A stretch of 64,000 nucleotides of DNA, from positions 832,001 through 896,000 of the forward strand of contig OZ219871.1 in the NCBI GenBank assembly GCA_964291495.2, written 5' to 3'. A model generated the notes under the pieces. It saw only the letters and a list, made by a program, of their open reading frames with translations, was not told the DNA's origin and ran no database searches. How positions within the stretch are numbered: position 1 is the first letter of the stretch; each line of letters begins with the position of its first letter. Shown here piece after piece: positions 48,440 to 58,473 of the stretch. The DNA is from Dehalococcoidia bacterium (GTDB lineage: Bacteria; Chloroflexota; Dehalococcoidia; UBA2979). Position numbers and translations under genes: made by a program.

Positions 48440-49672
48440 TCAGACGATGTTGCGCTGGCGGAGGATCACCACGTCCTCGGGCGTGTAGCCGAGCTCGGAG
48501 GTCAATACCTCGCTGGTGTGCTCGCCGAGCAGCGGCGCGCGGCGCAGCGCGCCCGGCGTGCCGTGCATGCGGATGGGCAGCCCCGGGAACTCGAACGCCC
48601 CTGCCTCGGGGTGTTCGATCGTGGTGATGAACTCGCGCTCGCGCAGGTGCGGGTCGGCGAAGACGTCCGCCATCGAGTTGATCGCGCCGACGGGGAGGCC
48701 TACCTCCTGCGCCTCCTCCATCACCTGCTGCTTCGTGCGCTCCAGCAGCCACGGGTAGAGCAGCGCGTCGAGATCCCCGCCGTGCTCGATGTGCTCGAGC
48801 CGGGCGAGCGTCTCCTCGTCGTCGATCAGCTCCGGATGCCCGATCATGCGGCAGAAGCGGTCGAACCACTGCAGCGCGCCGTTGACGAAGACGTAGCCGT
48901 CCTGGCAGGGGTAGACGCCTCGAGGGATGGCGTTGCGCCGCAGCTCGCGCATCCGCAGGTGCATCAGCGAGCCCGAGTACTGCCAGGCGACGAGGTTCGG
49001 CCCGCCCCGATCCATCGAGGCGCTGAGCACGTCCTGGATCGAGACGTCGAGGGTCTGGCCCACGCCGTCGCGGTCCGCCGCCATCAGCGCGCCGAACGAC
49101 ATCGCCGCGGCGGCGGCCCCGGCGAGGAAGAGCGGGGCGTAGAGCCCGATCTTGATCGGCTCGCGCTCCGGCACGCCGGTGATCTGCAGCACCCCGCCCG
49201 TGGCGTAGAGCAGCATGTCGTCGGCCTCGAAGTCCCGGTACGGGCCGTACTGCCCGAAGTTGGAGATGCGGATCAGCGAGGCCCGCGGGCGCTGCGCCGC
49301 GAGCCGCTCCGCGTCGAGCCCGAGCCGCTCGAGGGCGCCCGGCCGGAAGTTCTCGAAGACGAGGTCCGCGCTCGCGGCGAGGCGTTGCAGGATGCCCTGC
49401 CCGCTCGCTGTCTTGAGGTTGAGCGTGACGCTGCGCTTGCCGGTGTTGATGTGGAGGAAGACGCCGCCGCGCTCCGGGTGCGGCTCGTCGTTGGGGAAGG
49501 GGCCCATGCGGCGCGCCGGATCGCCGCCGTCCGGGCGCTCGATCTTGATCACGTCCGCGCCGTAGTCGGCATAGAGCTTCGTCGCGTACGGTCCGGCGAC
49601 GCCCTGCGTCAGATCGAGGATGCGAATCCCCTCGAGGGGCGGTCCCTGCGTTTGGCTTTCGCTGTCCGCCAT
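48440..49672 (-). CDS. Family III CoA-transferase-like protein
   Basis: LEGIRILDLT..VAGPY, NTGKRSVTLNLK, ENFRPG, APLLGEHT. Confidence 0.9.
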   Translation of the reverse strand: MADSESQTQGPPLEGIRILDLTQGVAGPYATKLYADYGADVIKIERPDGGDPARRMGPFPNDEPHPERGGVFLHINTGKRSVTLNLKTASGQGILQRLAASADLVFENFRPGALERLGLDAERLAAQRPRASLIRISNFGQYGPYRDFEADDMLLYATGGVLQITGVPEREPIKIGLYAPLFLAGAAAAAMSFGALMAADRDGVGQTLDVSIQDVLSASMDRGGPNLVAWQYSGSLMHLRMRELRRNAIPRGVYPCQDGYVFVNGALQWFDRFCRMIGHPELIDDEETLARLEHIEHGGDLDALLYPWLLERTKQQVMEEAQEVGLPVGAINSMADVFADPHLREREFITTIEHPEAGAFEFPGLPIRMHGTPGALRRAPLLGEHTSEVLTSELGYTPEDVVILRQRNIV

Positions 49673-49795
49673 CGCCGCCGCCGCCTCCCGACCCGCGCCG
49701 CGCGAGGCTAGCCCGTCGCCGCCCGCGCTGTCGACCGGCGCACACCCGCTAGAATCGCAGGGAGGCGGCAGCGCGGAGCAGCGAGGGCGGCGGCG

Positions 49796-51016
49796 ATGGC
49801 GCAGCAACGGGTCGATGCGGTCTTCATGCGCGGCGGCACCAGTCGCGGCATCTTCTTCCAGCGCGCCTGGCTGCCCGCGGCCCGCGAGGACTGGGATCCG
49901 ATCTTCCTCGGCGCGCTCGGCAGCCCGGACCCCTACGGCCGCCAGCTCGACGGCCTGGGGGGCGGCGTCTCCTCGCTCTCCAAGGTCGTCGTCGTCGAGC
50001 CGTCGTCGAGGCCGGACGCGGATGTCGAGTACACCTTCGGCCAGGTCGCCGTCCGCGAGGCGGCGGTCGCCTACCGCACGAACTGCGGCAACCTCACCTC
50101 CGCCGTCGGCCCCTTCGCCGTCGACGAGGGCCTCGTCACGCCCTCGGTCGACTCGCGCGGCGAGACGGCGGTGCGGCTCTACAACGTGAACACGAAGAAG
50201 CGCATCGTGGCCCGCTTCCCGCTCGACGGCGGGAGCGCCGCCGTCGAGGGCGAGTTCGAGCTGCTCGGCGTCGGCGGCAGCGGCGCGCCGATCCGCCTCG
50301 AGTTCCAGGACCCCGGCGGCGCCGTCACCGGCGACCTGCTCCCCGGCGGCGCGCCCGCGGAGCTGCTCGCCGTCCCCGGCATCGGCGACCTGCGCGTCTC
50401 GATCGTGGACGCGACGACGGCGGTCGTCGCCGTCAGTGCCGCCGACCTCGGCCTCTCCGGCAGCGAGCTGCCCGACGCGATCGAGGCCGACGCCGGGCTG
50501 CTCGCGCGCCTTGAGGCGGTGCGCGGGGCCGCCGCGCTGCGGCTCGGCCTCTCGCCGAGCGTGGAGGAGGCGAGCACATGCTCGCCGCAGAGCCCGCTGA
50601 TCGCGATCGTCTCCGCGCCGCAACCGGCGACGACCCTCGCGGGCGAGGCAATCGTGCCCGAGGCGGTCGACCTCACCGCCCGCGTGATGTCGATGGGCCA
50701 GGCGCACCGCGCGCTGCCGCTGACGGCGGCGATGTGCCTCGCCGTCGCCGCGCGCATCGAGGGCAGCGTGGTGCACGAGCTGACGCGGCCCGGCGATCCG
50801 GTCGCCGACCTGCGGCTCGGCAACCCCTCGGGCGTGCTGCCCGTGGCGGCGAGCGTGCGCCGCGAGGGCGGCGGCGAGGGCAACTGGATCGCCGACGACG
50901 TGGTGGTCTACCGCACCGCCCGGCGGCTGATGGAGGGGCGCGTGCTGGTGCCCGCCTCGCGCCTCGCAACCCCCGAGGCGGCGACGATGGCAGCGGCGGC
51001 AGGAGCCACGCCGTGA
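49796..51016 (+). CDS. prpF: PrpF/AcnD-accessory family isomerase
   Basis: MRGGTSRG, QLDGLGGG.SS.SK, NCGN, MG..H, RTARRLMEG. Confidence 0.9.
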   Translation: MAQQRVDAVFMRGGTSRGIFFQRAWLPAAREDWDPIFLGALGSPDPYGRQLDGLGGGVSSLSKVVVVEPSSRPDADVEYTFGQVAVREAAVAYRTNCGNLTSAVGPFAVDEGLVTPSVDSRGETAVRLYNVNTKKRIVARFPLDGGSAAVEGEFELLGVGGSGAPIRLEFQDPGGAVTGDLLPGGAPAELLAVPGIGDLRVSIVDATTAVVAVSAADLGLSGSELPDAIEADAGLLARLEAVRGAAALRLGLSPSVEEASTCSPQSPLIAIVSAPQPATTLAGEAIVPEAVDLTARVMSMGQAHRALPLTAAMCLAVAARIEGSVVHELTRPGDPVADLRLGNPSGVLPVAASVRREGGGEGNWIADDVVVYRTARRLMEGRVLVPASRLATPEAATMAAAAGATP

Positions 51017-51894
51017 GCGCGGCGCAGGCAGCGATCTCGGCGGCCACGCGGCTGCGCGAGCTGATCGAGGGCGACGAAGTCGTCGTAGCGCCGGGCGTCT
51101 TCGACGGGCTCTCGGCGCGGCTGGTCGAGCAGGCGGGCTTTCCCGCCGTCTACGCCAGCGGCGGCGCGATCGCCCGCAGCGGTGGGCTCCCGGACCTCGG
51201 GCTGCTCGGCCTCGGCGAGGTCGTCGACCGCCTCCGCCCGATCGTCGAGGCGGTCTCCATCCCGGTGATCGCCGACGCGGACACGGGCTACGGCAACGCA
51301 CTCAACACGCGGCGAGCGGCGCAGGAGTTCGCGCGCCTCGGCGTGGCCGCGCTACACCTCGAGGACCAGACCTTCCCCAAGCGCTGCGGCCACCTCGACG
51401 ACAAGTCGCTCGTCCCGGTCGAGGAGATGGCGCAGAAGCTGCGCGCGGCCGGCGAGGCGCTGGAGGGCAGCGGCGTGGTGCTGATCGCGCGCACCGACGC
51501 GATCGCCGTCGAGGGCCTCGAGGCCGCCTTCGAGCGCGCCGAGCGCTACGGCGAGGCCGGGGCGGACGTGCTCTTCGTCGAGGCGCCGGAGAGCGAGGCG
51601 CAGATCGAGGCGATCGCGGAGCGGCTGCCGGGGCCGAAGCTGATCAACATGTTCCAGGGCGGCAAGACGCCGCTCGTCCCCGCCGGGCGGCTCGCGGAGC
51701 TTGGCTACCGGATCGTGATCATCCCCTCGGACCTCCAGCGCGCTGCAGTGTGGGCGATGCAGCGCACGCTGGAGGCGATTAGCGAGGACGGCAGCAGCGC
51801 CGCGCAGGCCGAGCGCATGATCTCGTTCAACGAGCGCGAGGAGATCGTCGGCACCGCGGGCTACCTCGATCTCGGGGAGCGCTACGGGTCGTAG
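51013..51894 (+). CDS. Isocitrate lyase/PEP mutase family (PrpB-like)
   Basis: DADTGYG, EDQ.FPKRCGH, ARTD. Confidence 0.9.
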   Translation: MSAAQAAISAATRLRELIEGDEVVVAPGVFDGLSARLVEQAGFPAVYASGGAIARSGGLPDLGLLGLGEVVDRLRPIVEAVSIPVIADADTGYGNALNTRRAAQEFARLGVAALHLEDQTFPKRCGHLDDKSLVPVEEMAQKLRAAGEALEGSGVVLIARTDAIAVEGLEAAFERAERYGEAGADVLFVEAPESEAQIEAIAERLPGPKLINMFQGGKTPLVPAGRLAELGYRIVIIPSDLQRAAVWAMQRTLEAISEDGSSAAQAERMISFNEREEIVGTAGYLDLGERYGS

Positions 51895-51943
51895 CGCGCC
51901 GCGCCGCACGCGCTGCTAGCATCGGCCTCGCGAGGAGCGCGGC

Positions 51944-52309
51944 ATGACGATCACCGTCGCACGCCTGCAGCGGGAACGGCAGCGCGCCAGCGCGGCGGGC
52001 GTGCGCGGCGGGCGCGCGTTCGACATCGAGGCCGCGATGGCGGAGATGCGCGAGCAGGGCTACGACCCGCACCGCCAGGTCGTCGAGTTGGTCTTCGGCC
52101 CCGCGCCGGTGCAGAGCGCCTACGACGAGCGCCTCGATCGCTTCATCTTCCGCATCGCCGGCAGCAAGCCGACGATCGAGATCGAGGTCGAGCTGCCGCC
52201 CGGACAGATCGCGGAAGCGGAATGGACGCCGCTGATCGCCCCCGGCTGGGTGCGCGACCGCATCCGCCCGCCGATCCCCGAGTTCTACCCCGCCGGACAC
52301 GGCCTGTAG
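51944..52309 (+). CDS. Hypothetical protein
   Basis: GAGGAG RBS; TGCTAGCAT -10 upstream; GC-biased codons. Confidence 0.65.
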   Translation: MTITVARLQRERQRASAAGVRGGRAFDIEAAMAEMREQGYDPHRQVVELVFGPAPVQSAYDERLDRFIFRIAGSKPTIEIEVELPPGQIAEAEWTPLIAPGWVRDRIRPPIPEFYPAGHGL

Positions 52310-52319
52310 GGAGCCGCCG

Positions 52320-52742
52320 ATGCCCGTGATCCGCTTCGACCACGCCTCGGTCCCGACGGACCACCCGGAAGAGATGATGGCCTTCTACGAGAGCATGGGT
52401 TTCGAGATCCTCGACGCCGAGGCGTTCCGCAGCGGGGAGCGGCCGATTTTCTCGATCGCCTTCGGGGACAACAAGATCAACGTGCACGGCCCGGACTTCT
52501 GGCCGCGCGAGGACTTCACGCTGCGCGGCCCGACCGCGAAGCCGGGCTGCGGCGACCTCTGCTTCGTCTGGGACGGCGGCATCGAGGACCTGCAGGCCGC
52601 CCTCGAAGCGACCGGCGCGCCGATCGAGGAGGGCCCGGTACCGCGCGAGGGCGGCCGCGGCGGCGGCCGCGACATGGGCGTGAGCATCTACACGCGCGAC
52701 CCCGACCGGAACCTGCTGGAGTTCATCGTCTACGAGGACTAG
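52320..52742 (+). CDS. VOC/glyoxalase family protein
   Basis: DH, FY..MG, KINVH, DLCF, SIY.RDPD.NLLE. Confidence 0.88.
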   Translation: MPVIRFDHASVPTDHPEEMMAFYESMGFEILDAEAFRSGERPIFSIAFGDNKINVHGPDFWPREDFTLRGPTAKPGCGDLCFVWDGGIEDLQAALEATGAPIEEGPVPREGGRGGGRDMGVSIYTRDPDRNLLEFIVYED

Positions 52743-52795
52743 CGCCTCGGCGGCGCGAGGCCGCCGGCATTGCTGCGTGACGACGGGAGGGTGCG

Positions 52796-54058
52796 ATGGA
52801 CTGGGCAGACTCACCGGAACAGGCGGCGTTCCGCGCGAAGGTGCGGGCCTTCTTCGAGGACAACCTGCCCCAGCGCTACCGCGAGGACCTCGGGCCACTC
52901 CGCCCGCACATGATCCGCGCCTCCAACGGCGAGGAGATCCTCGCCACCCACGCCGAGTGGGGCACCGACCGCTACTCCGAGGATCCCGAGGTCAAGGGCG
53001 CGGCGGACTCCTGGGCGCAGGCGCTCGCCGCCGAGGGCTACGTCGCCTCCTCGTGGCCGAAGCACCTCGGTGGGGCGGGCTTCACGACGATCGAGCAGTT
53101 CATCTTCAACGAGGAGCGCGAGCGCGCCGGCGCGCCCCGCGTGGGCGGATCCGGCGCGATGTTCCTCGGCTCACTGCTCATGGTCTACGGGACCGAGGAG
53201 CAGAAGGCGAAGTACATGCCGGCGATCGCCCGGGGCGAGATCGACTGGGCGCAGGGCTACTCCGAGCCGGGCAGCGGCTCCGACCTCGCCTCGTTGCAGT
53301 GCCGCGCCGTGCGCGACGGCGACGAGTACGTGGTCAACGGCCAGAAGCTCTGGTCGCAGCCACTGACCTCGGACGCGATGTACACCCTCGTGCGAACCGA
53401 CCCGGAGGCGCCGAAGCATCGCGGCATCTCGTTCCTGATGATCGAGGACCTGACCGTGCCCGGGATCACGATGGCGCAGCTGCCGAGCATGGCCTTCCAC
53501 TACCCCGGCAACGGCGAGACCTTCTTCCACGACGTCAGGGTCCCGGTCGCCAACCTGATCGGCGAAGAGAACCAGGGCTGGTACGTCGCCATGACGCTCA
53601 TGGACTTCGACCGCGGCAGCCTCTCCGACACCGGCGAGGACCGCGAGAACCTCGCCCACCTCTTCGACTTCCTGGAGACCGAGGAGGGCCAGCGCGTCTC
53701 GCGCGTCGCCTCGTTGCCATCCGTGCGGGCGGAGATCGCCGACCGCTTCATCGAGGCGCGCGTCGGGCAGAGCCTCGCGCAGCGCGTCGCCTCGATGCAG
53801 GCCGCGGGGCTGATCCCGAACTACGAGGCCTCGATCGGCAAGTGCTTCTCCACGGAGCTGCACCAGCGCCTCGCGCGCACGGGGACGAAGACGTTCGGGC
53901 TCTACTCGAACCTCTGGCCGGGCGACGCGCGCGCCCCGCTGCACGGTCAGCACACGCACGACTACGCGCGGACCGTGGCGTTCACGATCTACGGCGGCAG
54001 CAGCGAGATTCAGCGCAACGTGATCGCCACGCGCGGCCTCGGCCTCCCGAGGGGGTAA
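52796..54058 (+). CDS. Acyl-CoA dehydrogenase family, paralog 1
   Basis: QGYSEPGSGSDLASL, NGQK.W, IYGGSSEIQRNVIA. Confidence 0.92.
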   Translation: MDWADSPEQAAFRAKVRAFFEDNLPQRYREDLGPLRPHMIRASNGEEILATHAEWGTDRYSEDPEVKGAADSWAQALAAEGYVASSWPKHLGGAGFTTIEQFIFNEERERAGAPRVGGSGAMFLGSLLMVYGTEEQKAKYMPAIARGEIDWAQGYSEPGSGSDLASLQCRAVRDGDEYVVNGQKLWSQPLTSDAMYTLVRTDPEAPKHRGISFLMIEDLTVPGITMAQLPSMAFHYPGNGETFFHDVRVPVANLIGEENQGWYVAMTLMDFDRGSLSDTGEDRENLAHLFDFLETEEGQRVSRVASLPSVRAEIADRFIEARVGQSLAQRVASMQAAGLIPNYEASIGKCFSTELHQRLARTGTKTFGLYSNLWPGDARAPLHGQHTHDYARTVAFTIYGGSSEIQRNVIATRGLGLPRG

Positions 54059-54130
54059 CGCACGCTCGGATAGCCGGTCCAGCACCCCGCGAGGCTGCTA
54101 GCATCGCTCCCGTGACGACGGGAGGGCGTG

Positions 54131-55393
54131 ATGGACTGGGCAGACTCGCCGGAACAGGCGGAGTTCCGCGCGAAGGTGCGGGCCTTCTTCGAAGACAACC
54201 TGCCCCAGCGCTACCGCGAGGACGCTGGACCGATCCGCCCGCACATGATCCGCGCCTCCAACGGCGAGGAGATCCTCGCCACCAGCGCCGACTGGGGCAC
54301 CGACCGCCACTCCGAGGATCCCGAGGTCAAGGGCGCCGCCGAGGAGTGGGCGCAGGTGCTCGCCGCCGAGGGCTACGTCGCCTCCTCGTGGCCGAAGGAG
54401 CTCGGCGGCGCGGGCTTCACGACGATCGAGCAGTTCATCTTCAATGAGGAGCGCGAGCGCGCCGGCGCGCCGCGCGTCGGCGGCACCGGCGCGATGTTCC
54501 TCGGCTCCTTGCTGATGGTCTACGGCAGCGAGGAGCAGAAGGCGAAGTACATGCCGCCGATCGCGGCGGGTGAGATCGACTGGGCGCAGGGCTACTCCGA
54601 GCCGGGCAGCGGCTCCGACCTCGCCTCGCTGCAGTGCCGCGCCGTCCGCGACGGCGACGAGTACGTGGTCAACGGGCAGAAGCTCTGGTCGCAGCCGCTC
54701 ACCTCGGACGCGATGTACACCCTCGTGCGGACGGACCCCGAGGCGCCCAAGCATCGCGGCATCTCGTTCCTGATGATCGAGGACCTGCGGGACCCCGGCA
54801 TCACGATGGCGCAGCTGCCGAACATGGCCTTCCATTACCCGGGCAACGGTGAAACCTTCTTCCACGACGTGCGGGTCCCCGTCGCCAACCTGATCGGCGA
54901 GGAGAACCAGGGCTGGTACGTCGCCATGACGCTCATGGACTTCGACCGCGGCAGCCTCTCCGACACCGGCGAGGACCGCCAGGGCCTCGCCCGCCTCGTC
55001 GAGTTCCTGCAGACCGACGAGGGCAGTCGCGTCTCCCGCGTCTCCGAGTTGCCCTCGGTACGTGCGGAGATCGCCGACCGCTACGTGGAGTCGAGGGTCG
55101 GCCAGAGCCTCGCGCAGCGCGTCGCCTCGATGCAGGCGGCGGGGCTGATCCCAAACTACGAGGCCTCGATCGGAAAGTGCTTCTCCACCGAGCTGCACCA
55201 GCGCCGCGCCCGCACCGGCGTGAAGACGTTCGGGCTCTACGCGAATCTCTGGCCGGGCGACGAGCGCGCGCCGCTGCACGGCGAGCACACGCACGACTAC
55301 GCGCAGACCGTCGCCTTCACGATCTACGGCGGCAGCAGCGAGATCCAACGCAACGTCATCGCCACGCGCGGCCTCGGCCTGCCGAGGGGCTAG
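54131..55393 (+). CDS. Acyl-CoA dehydrogenase family, paralog 2
   Basis: Highly similar to 52796-54058. Confidence 0.92.
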   Translation: MDWADSPEQAEFRAKVRAFFEDNLPQRYREDAGPIRPHMIRASNGEEILATSADWGTDRHSEDPEVKGAAEEWAQVLAAEGYVASSWPKELGGAGFTTIEQFIFNEERERAGAPRVGGTGAMFLGSLLMVYGSEEQKAKYMPPIAAGEIDWAQGYSEPGSGSDLASLQCRAVRDGDEYVVNGQKLWSQPLTSDAMYTLVRTDPEAPKHRGISFLMIEDLRDPGITMAQLPNMAFHYPGNGETFFHDVRVPVANLIGEENQGWYVAMTLMDFDRGSLSDTGEDRQGLARLVEFLQTDEGSRVSRVSELPSVRAEIADRYVESRVGQSLAQRVASMQAAGLIPNYEASIGKCFSTELHQRRARTGVKTFGLYANLWPGDERAPLHGEHTHDYAQTVAFTIYGGSSEIQRNVIATRGLGLPRG

Positions 55394-55414
55394 GCGCAAG
55401 CCGAGCCCGGGGCG

Positions 55415-56797
55415 ATGAGCGCGCAGGACAGCGGACGGCCGGACGCGGCAGCGGCGACGAACGAGACGCCGCCCCGGCGCCTGCCGCTCGAGGGCGTGCG
55501 CGTGCTCGCGCAGGCGATCGTCTGGGCGGGACCGTTCGCCACCATGCTGCTCTCCGACCTCGGCGCCGAGGTGATCGAGGTCGAGTCGATCCAGCACCTC
55601 AACCCGACGCGCACGAACTCGCGCCACCCGAGCGAGGTGATGCTCGCCGGGACGGTCGGCACGTACTACGTGGACCGCGACGGCAGCGAGGGCTTCTGGG
55701 ACCGCCAGGCCTGGTTCAACTTCGGCAAGCGCGGCTGCAAGTCGATCACCCTCGACCTCTCGCGTGATCGGGGCCGCGAGCTGTTTTACGAGCTGGTCCG
55801 GCACTCGGACGCCTTCATCGAGAACGGCGCCGCCGACGTCGTCGGCAACCTCGGCATCGACTGGGAGACGCTCTCGGCGATCAACCCGCGGCTGGTCATG
55901 GTGCGCTTTCCGGGCTTCGGGCTCGACGGGCCGTACGAGCACTACAAGGGCTACGGCAACGTCATGGAGGCGGTCGTCGGCCACACGATGCTGCGCGGCT
56001 ACCGGGACGCCGACCCCTCGCTCACACCCGCCTCGCTACACGGCGATCCGAACGCGGGCGCGATGGTCGCGTTCTCGCTGCAGGCGGCGCTGTGGGCGCG
56101 CAAGCGCAGCGGCCGAGGGCAGCTCATCGAGATCTCGCAGGCCGAGGCGGTGACGCAGCACCTCAGCCACGCCTTCATGGACTACTCGATGAACCGCCGC
56201 GTGAGCGGGCACGCCGGCAACACGCACCCCTCGATCGCGCCCTACGGCATCTTCCCCTGCGCCCCCTCGCCATCGCCGGCCGGTCCCGACGATGCGGCCG
56301 ACCGCTGGATCGCGATCGCAGCGCCGACGGACGAGGCCTTCGCCACGCTTTGCGCCGAGCTGGGCCGGCCGGAGCTGGCCGCCGACGAGCGCTACGCCGA
56401 TGTCGTCTCGCGCCATCGCAACCGGGACGCCCTCGATGCGGAGATCGGCGCCTGGACCGCCGGACACGAGGCACAGCCGCTGATGGAGCGGCTGCAACAC
56501 GCGGGCGTGCCCGCGGCGGCGCTGCTGCACCAGCCCGAGATGACCGGCGACCCGCAGCTCGCCGCGCGCGGCTTCTTCCAGGAGCTCACGCACCCGGCGG
56601 CAGGGACGCATGACTACCCCGGACCGGTGGCGCAGTTCTCGCGCACCTCGCTGACCCCGGTGCGCGGGCCGGCGCCGACGCTCGGGCAGCACAACGAGGA
56701 GCTGCTCTGCGGGCTGATCGGCCTCAGCCAGGCCGAGTACCAGCAGCTCGTCGAGGACCAGATCGTCGGGACCGTCTACCTCGAGAACGCGCGCTGA
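55415..56797 (+). CDS. Family III CoA-transferase
   Basis: LEGVRVL, AGPF, GFGLDGPY, GDP, APTLGQHN. Confidence 0.9.
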   Translation: MSAQDSGRPDAAAATNETPPRRLPLEGVRVLAQAIVWAGPFATMLLSDLGAEVIEVESIQHLNPTRTNSRHPSEVMLAGTVGTYYVDRDGSEGFWDRQAWFNFGKRGCKSITLDLSRDRGRELFYELVRHSDAFIENGAADVVGNLGIDWETLSAINPRLVMVRFPGFGLDGPYEHYKGYGNVMEAVVGHTMLRGYRDADPSLTPASLHGDPNAGAMVAFSLQAALWARKRSGRGQLIEISQAEAVTQHLSHAFMDYSMNRRVSGHAGNTHPSIAPYGIFPCAPSPSPAGPDDAADRWIAIAAPTDEAFATLCAELGRPELAADERYADVVSRHRNRDALDAEIGAWTAGHEAQPLMERLQHAGVPAAALLHQPEMTGDPQLAARGFFQELTHPAAGTHDYPGPVAQFSRTSLTPVRGPAPTLGQHNEELLCGLIGLSQAEYQQLVEDQIVGTVYLENAR

Positions 56798-56815
56798 GAG
56801 AAGGCAGGGAGGGCC

Positions 56816-57727
56816 ATGATGTCTGAACGGGAGACGATCGGGTTCGCGGGGACGGGCATCATGGGCGCGCCGATGGCCCGCAACCTCGCCCAGGCGGGCT
56901 TCAGCGTCGTGGCCTACAACCGCACCGCGGCGAAGGCCGAGGCGTTGCGCGAGCACGGCGTCGCCGTCGCCGCCTCGCCCGCCGAGGTCGGGCGCGCCGC
57001 GAGCGTCGTGATCACGATGGTGCCGGACACGCCGGACGTGCTTGCCGTCGTCGAGGGCGAGGACGGCCTCGCGGGTGCGATGGCCGAAGGGTCGGTGCTG
57101 ATCGACATGAGCACGATCGCGCCGGGCGAGACGCGCGCCCTCGCGGGGCGGCTCGCCGAGCGCGGCATCGCCATGCTCGACGCGCCGGTCAGCGGCGGAT
57201 CGTGGGGCGCGGAGCAGGCGACGCTGACGATCATGGTCGGCGGCGAGCAGGAGACCTTCGATCGCTGCCTGCCGGTATTCGAGGCAATGGGCACGAGCAT
57301 CACCCTGATGGGCGCGTCCGGGATGGGCCAGACGACAAAGCTGGTGAACCAGATCCTCGTCGCGGGGACGTGCGCCTCTGTCGCCGAGGCGCTGGTCTTC
57401 GCTGCCGCGCAGGGCGCGGACCTGTTGAAGACGGTCGACGCCGTCTCCGGCGGTGCGGCGGGCTCCTGGCAGCTCTCCAACCTCGGGCCGCGGATGGCGC
57501 AGCGCGACTTCGCGCCGGGCTTCATGGTGAAGCTGCAGCAGAAGGACCTGCGGCTGATCCTCGAGGCCGCGCAGGATCGCAGCGTCCCGCTCGCCGTCAC
57601 TTCCGTCGCGCGCCAGTACCTCACCGCCGCCGAGGCGATGGGCCTCGGCGAGGAGGGCACGCAGGCCATCGTGAAGGCGATGGAGCGCCTCGCGGGCGTC
57701 GAGGTGCGACAGGACGGTGGGGGCTAG
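56816..57727 (+). CDS. 3-hydroxyisobutyrate/tartronate semialdehyde reductase family dehydrogenase
   Basis: G.G.MG.PMA.NL, DAPVSGG, KLVNQ, KDL. Confidence 0.9.
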   Translation: MMSERETIGFAGTGIMGAPMARNLAQAGFSVVAYNRTAAKAEALREHGVAVAASPAEVGRAASVVITMVPDTPDVLAVVEGEDGLAGAMAEGSVLIDMSTIAPGETRALAGRLAERGIAMLDAPVSGGSWGAEQATLTIMVGGEQETFDRCLPVFEAMGTSITLMGASGMGQTTKLVNQILVAGTCASVAEALVFAAAQGADLLKTVDAVSGGAAGSWQLSNLGPRMAQRDFAPGFMVKLQQKDLRLILEAAQDRSVPLAVTSVARQYLTAAEAMGLGEEGTQAIVKAMERLAGVEVRQDGGG

Positions 57728-57757
57728 CGGGGCCGGTGATGTCCTCGTGCAGTTCGG

Positions 57758-58150
57758 CTACTGCCAGAGGGTGGGGACGGGGTAGTCCTTTATCAGGCGG
57801 TCGGGGGTCACGATCGTCAGCCCATGCACGATCGCCTGGGCAACCAGGAGGCGATCGAACGGATCGCGGTGGAGGTCCGGGAGCTTCCCTACCTGCAGGG
57901 TCGCCTCTTCGTTGATCGCCAGCGACTCGATGCGGTGAAGTCGGCGTTGCCGGGGCACGTAGTCCTCCGGAGGAAGGCGCAGGTGGAGGCGTCCCAGGGC
58001 GTGTTTGATGGCTATCTCCCAAGCCGAGGCAGAACTCAGCACGACCGCATTGTCGGGATCGGCAATCGCATCGCGGGCAGCCCCGACGAGGTTCGCGTGA
58101 TCCTCAGCCAGCCAGAGGAAGGCGGCGGTGTCGAGCAGAAGGCGCATCAC
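57758..58150 (-). CDS. vapC: VapC PIN-domain toxin
   Basis: LLLDT, S.AS.WEI.IK, HRDPFDRLLVAQA. Confidence 0.92.
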   Translation of the reverse strand: MMRLLLDTAAFLWLAEDHANLVGAARDAIADPDNAVVLSSASAWEIAIKHALGRLHLRLPPEDYVPRQRRLHRIESLAINEEATLQVGKLPDLHRDPFDRLLVAQAIVHGLTIVTPDRLIKDYPVPTLWQ

Positions 58151-58165
58151 GTTCGCGCCTCCAGA

Positions 58166-58411
58166 TCACCTTCCCTCGAAGAGATCGAGCAGCTCGTCGG
58201 GAAGCGGTTCGAAGAACGAGTCCGGGATCTCCACGAGACCCTTGCCCAGCCCCACGGGTCGCGGCTCATCGAGTTGCTCCTCGATGGGCCGAATCTCGGC
58301 CACGGGGCGATTGCGACGGCAGAGGATGATACGGTCGCCGGGCTTGAGACCCGCGATGTGCGCGGACAGGTGGGTCTTGGCTTCGTGCATGTTCAGTCGC
58401 GTCGTCGACAT
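58166..58411 (-). CDS. Phd/YefM family antitoxin
   Basis: NMHEAKTHLS...PVA.I.P...F.EPLP; inverted repeat TAGTG-N8-CACTA at 58411-58428. Confidence 0.88.
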   Translation of the reverse strand: MSTTRLNMHEAKTHLSAHIAGLKPGDRIILCRRNRPVAEIRPIEEQLDEPRPVGLGKGLVEIPDSFFEPLPDELLDLFEGR

Positions 58412-58473
58412 AGTGCGATAATACACTACCTACTTAGTTTAGTACCAGCCTCGATCATCAAGGAACCTAACTC

